A stretch of 64,000 bases of DNA, from contig CAMAPH010000002.1 of the NCBI GenBank assembly GCA_945859975.1, forward strand, positions 1 to 64,000, in the 5' to 3' direction. The position numbers and the translations under genes are program-made. Positions 61,401 through 64,000 of the stretch are shown here, piece after piece. Each line of letters opens with the position of its first letter. The stretch's first letter is position 1. The DNA comes from Chthonomonas calidirosea (GTDB lineage: Bacteria; Armatimonadota; Fimbriimonadia; Fimbriimonadales; Fimbriimonadaceae). The notes under the pieces are model-generated. The model searched no databases. It was given only the letters and a program-made list of their open reading frames with translations, and was not told the DNA's origin.

Positions 61401-63192
61401 TGACCGCGTAGTTGCCGAGAACGATGTCCTGCATCGGCGCACACGTTGGTCGTCCATCCGACGGGGTGAACAAGTTCTGGCTCGACAACATCAGAACTCG
61501 GGCTTCGGCCTGAGCTTCGGTGCTGAGCGGAATGTGGACGGCCATCTGGTCGCCGTCAAAGTCCGCGTTGTACATGTTACAAACGAGCGGGTGAACCTGG
61601 ATCGCCTTACCATCAACGAGGATCGGCTCGAAGGCCTGGATACCAAGTCGGTGTAGGGTCGGTGCACGGTTGAGCAAGATCGGGTGCTCTCGAATCACTT
61701 CTTCGAGACCGTCCCAAACCGCTGGGTGCATTCGGTCGATCATTCGCTTTGCCGTCTTGATGTTCTGGGTGATCTTCTTTTCAACCAGGGACTTCATGAC
61801 AAACGGCTTGAAGAGCTCGAGCGCCATTTCCTTCGGAAGGCCAGCTTGGTGCAGCTTCAAGTGCGGCCCGACAACGATAACCGATCGGCCAGAGTAGTCA
61901 ACTCGCTTACCGAGAAGGTTCTTTCGGAATCGACCTTCTTTACCCTTCAACATGTCGCTGAGCGACTTCAGAGGGCGCTGGTTGCTACCAACGACTGGTC
62001 GGGCTCGGCGGCCATTATCGATCAGCGCGTCAACGGCTTCCTGAAGAAGTCGCTTTTCGTGGTTGATGATGCTTTCCGGCGCGTGAATCTCGATGATCTT
62101 CTTCAACCGGTTGTTTCGGTTGATGATTCGTCGATAGAGATCGTTAAGGTCGGACGTCGCGAATCGGCCACCGTCGAGCTGGACCATCGGTCGGAGCTCC
62201 GGCGAGATGACCGGAACGGTGTCCAAGATCATCCACTCGGGACGGCTCTTCGAGGAGATCAACGCTTCTGTGACTTCAAGTCGCTTGATCGCGCGAGCTC
62301 GCTTTTGACTCGTTGTCATAACGACGTCCTGTCGTAGCGATCGGGCAAGGATTTCGAGGTCGATTCGGGTCAGGAGTTCCTTCACCGCTTCGGCGCCGAT
62401 GTTTGCTCGAACCAAGCTTCCAAGGTTGTGACCGAGCTGGTCGCCAACGCTGTAGAGCAGCTTGCTGACGGCTCGGTACTTGTCCTCGTCGATCAGCTGG
62501 TTCTTTTCGAGCTTGCCAAGGATTTCAACCGCGATGTCGAGATCCTTAAGTCGGTCGTCGGCATCTCGGTACTCCGCTCGAATGCGGTCGTTGACCGCCT
62601 TCGCTCGCTCGCGAGCGTACATTTCGTCGTACTCCTCGCGGTTGTTGTTCAAGTCTTCTGCGAATCGCTCGAGGGAGTCCTCTTCCAGCTTTCGCATGTC
62701 TTCCTGGATTCGTCGCTTTTCGATTTCAACGGCGATGCGAATCTGAGGAAGCATTTCGGAAATCTGCTCGGTATCGATATCGATGATGATAAAGCTAGCG
62801 AAGTAGATGACCTTTTCGAGCAGTCGCGGGGAGATGTCCAACAGGAGGGACAACGGCGACGGAACGCCCTTCAGGTACCAAATGTGGCAGACCGGAGCAG
62901 CGAGGGAAACGTGTCCCATGCGCTCACGGCGAACTTTGCTGCGGGTAACTTCGACGCCGCATCGTTCGCAAACGACGCCGCGGAATTTGATTTTCTTGTA
63001 CTTACCGCAAGAACATTCCCAGTCCTTTGTTGGACCGAAAATTTTCTCGCAGAACAAGCCGTCTCGCTCTGGCTTGAACGTGCGGTAGTTGATAGTTTCT
63101 GGTTTCTTTACTTCGCCGTGCGACCAAGAGACAATGTCTGTCGGAGCGGCGATACCGATGCGGATCTTGTCAAAAAGACTAACGTCTGCCAT
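58483..63192 (-). CDS. rpoC: DNA-directed RNA polymerase beta' subunit
   Basis: KPETINYRT, zinc ribbon, [41 protein letters not shown]. Confidence 0.99.
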   Translation of the reverse strand: MADVSLFDKIRIGIAAPTDIVSWSHGEVKKPETINYRTFKPERDGLFCEKIFGPTKDWECSCGKYKKIKFRGVVCERCGVEVTRSKVRRERMGHVSLAAPVCHIWYLKGVPSPLSLLLDISPRLLEKVIYFASFIIIDIDTEQISEMLPQIRIAVEIEKRRIQEDMRKLEEDSLERFAEDLNNNREEYDEMYARERAKAVNDRIRAEYRDADDRLKDLDIAVEILGKLEKNQLIDEDKYRAVSKLLYSVGDQLGHNLGSLVRANIGAEAVKELLTRIDLEILARSLRQDVVMTTSQKRARAIKRLEVTEALISSKSRPEWMILDTVPVISPELRPMVQLDGGRFATSDLNDLYRRIINRNNRLKKIIEIHAPESIINHEKRLLQEAVDALIDNGRRARPVVGSNQRPLKSLSDMLKGKEGRFRKNLLGKRVDYSGRSVIVVGPHLKLHQAGLPKEMALELFKPFVMKSLVEKKITQNIKTAKRMIDRMHPAVWDGLEEVIREHPILLNRAPTLHRLGIQAFEPILVDGKAIQVHPLVCNMYNADFDGDQMAVHIPLSTEAQAEARVLMLSSQNLFTPSDGRPTCAPMQDIVLGNYAVTFMSVEGRANLEEKVRLHKEDPLVNPAPPTYSGPDEVLYLMVAPGIEKRLPINELVHVRLKRPIFRPAEEVAFRDTETGVEYYKHTVVNEDGDESEELVAYEQEFETVVRTVTPGQLLVHGKLPYPLRHSDEYLNVELGKKALATLILDCNRVAGYGATIKLLDDIKDLGFKWATAYGISVAITDMDPPARREEMIGTADSKSNQITNQYRRGMLSYNEMTRQLTALWQETYDLVGKEIVNGLKQFNPLNIITVSGARGSIKQLAQLAGMRGLMLNQFNETIYELPVKSSFHKGLNMLEYFVTTHGARKGLADTALRTADAGYLTRRLCDVAQDVIVKAIDCGTSEGIQGRRIVDQGQTLEEIDERIHGRIALEIIRDPETGDHLTEYQVPITKDAAKRIKAIENKFVVEHNGAETEAEREAVVDRYRQYGFEYDEHGYLSVTIRSPLTCELHQGICSNCYGTDLSTGKLVEVGVATGIIAAQSIGEPGTQLTMRTFHTGGVAGSATIAKTNQYKTGKFIRQFMEDFAQATETDLKQFDPTKLLETQESIVKSLFKGKEAPLTIEATEVDPEDPKQKRKVERATKAALKAAEKADNDSRKMWEKSRKTFFYSWTGQSSGIVRVEEIFEARRQPRGKAIICPVSGMVRKVEESSFGRFVVVDSTVQVVGPLKDAYITDEQNWPQNEYGEYEGALQKLVGQKLSTQAVSVLKKLEIEKVNILYPILVPPSGNLPVKAGARVVKGDPLTYGPRDPHEVLELAGANAVYDYFVENLQSVYKSQGVDINDKHVEVIIRQMLRKRQVKEPGDTPFLPGQIVDRFTFQRANEAVRKMIAEGTKIRYEDPITGENVERDPKEANATWILLGITEASLATDSFLSAASFQKTTRVLTEAAVRGKKDTLVGLKENVIIGRLIPAGTGVKQYRDIAVDVQRGPSWAEQSLTTLVEAEEGELKASYDELAFPSLADMAADESDD

Positions 63193-63292
63193 TGCGTTCG
63201 CTCGAAATCCAAATCAAAACTGCCTTACCGAACCGCAACGAACCGAAAGGTTGAACGCGTTACAGTTGGCGAGCAAAATGACCGGAACATGT

Positions 63293-63322
63293 AAGATACC
63301 GCCTCACTTTGCCATTAAGCAA
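63293..63322 (-). promoter_or_regulatory. Putative sigma70-type promoter for rpoC
   Basis: TTGCTT-N18-TATCTT about 100 nt upstream of the rpoC ATG and downstream of the rpoB hairpin. Confidence 0.4.
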
Positions 63323-63362
63323 GCAAATTCTTCGAGATCGTGCAATTGACGAAAACAAATGG

Positions 63363-63398
63363 AAAAGCCCTTACCTCCCAGAGTCGGGAGGTAAGGGC
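63363..63398 (-). terminator. Terminator-like hairpin between rpoB and rpoC
   Basis: GCCCTTACCTCCC-gactct-GGGAGGTAAGGGC-TTTT, a 13-bp stem. Confidence 0.7.
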
Positions 63399-63412
63399 AA
63401 TCGGCAAGCTTC

Positions 63413-64000
<588 letters not shown>

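Noticed and set aside
60091..61656. 521-aa plus-strand ORF, and others opposite rpoC
   Set aside because: Antisense shadow of a strongly codon-biased gene; no recognisable motifs.

Overview
A gene-dense, moderately GC-rich (roughly 55-60% by eye) bacterial chromosomal segment. It is most likely from Armatimonadota (Fimbriimonadaceae-like); this is inferred from the paralogous '[29 protein letters not shown]' prepilin-like genes, the PEP-CTERM and SBBP surface proteins and the rpoC insertions. Most of the window is housekeeping: purL, nadK, era, pyrH-frr-uppS, idh, sucC, a BMP-type nucleoside ABC transporter, rsmG, rluE, gpmA, a crtI-family gene, an Fpg-family glycosylase, and rpoB (partial)-rpoC. 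I saw no tRNA, rRNA, CRISPR array, transposase or prophage gene. Best findings: (1) a clear TPP riboswitch plus a long hairpin over the start codon, controlling a lone type-IV-prepilin-like gene, which suggests a pilin-fold thiamine-capture protein; (2) an anchor-less ZipA-like protein after era; (3) a GH42-like protein between HAD and era with long disordered arms carrying a repeated short motif; (4) an acyl-ACP-reductase-like gene pair; (5) a ~110-aa insertion in the RNA polymerase trigger loop and a terminator/promoter between rpoB and rpoC; (6) a widespread leaderless-gene architecture. All calls come from reading motifs by eye; no database searches were run.
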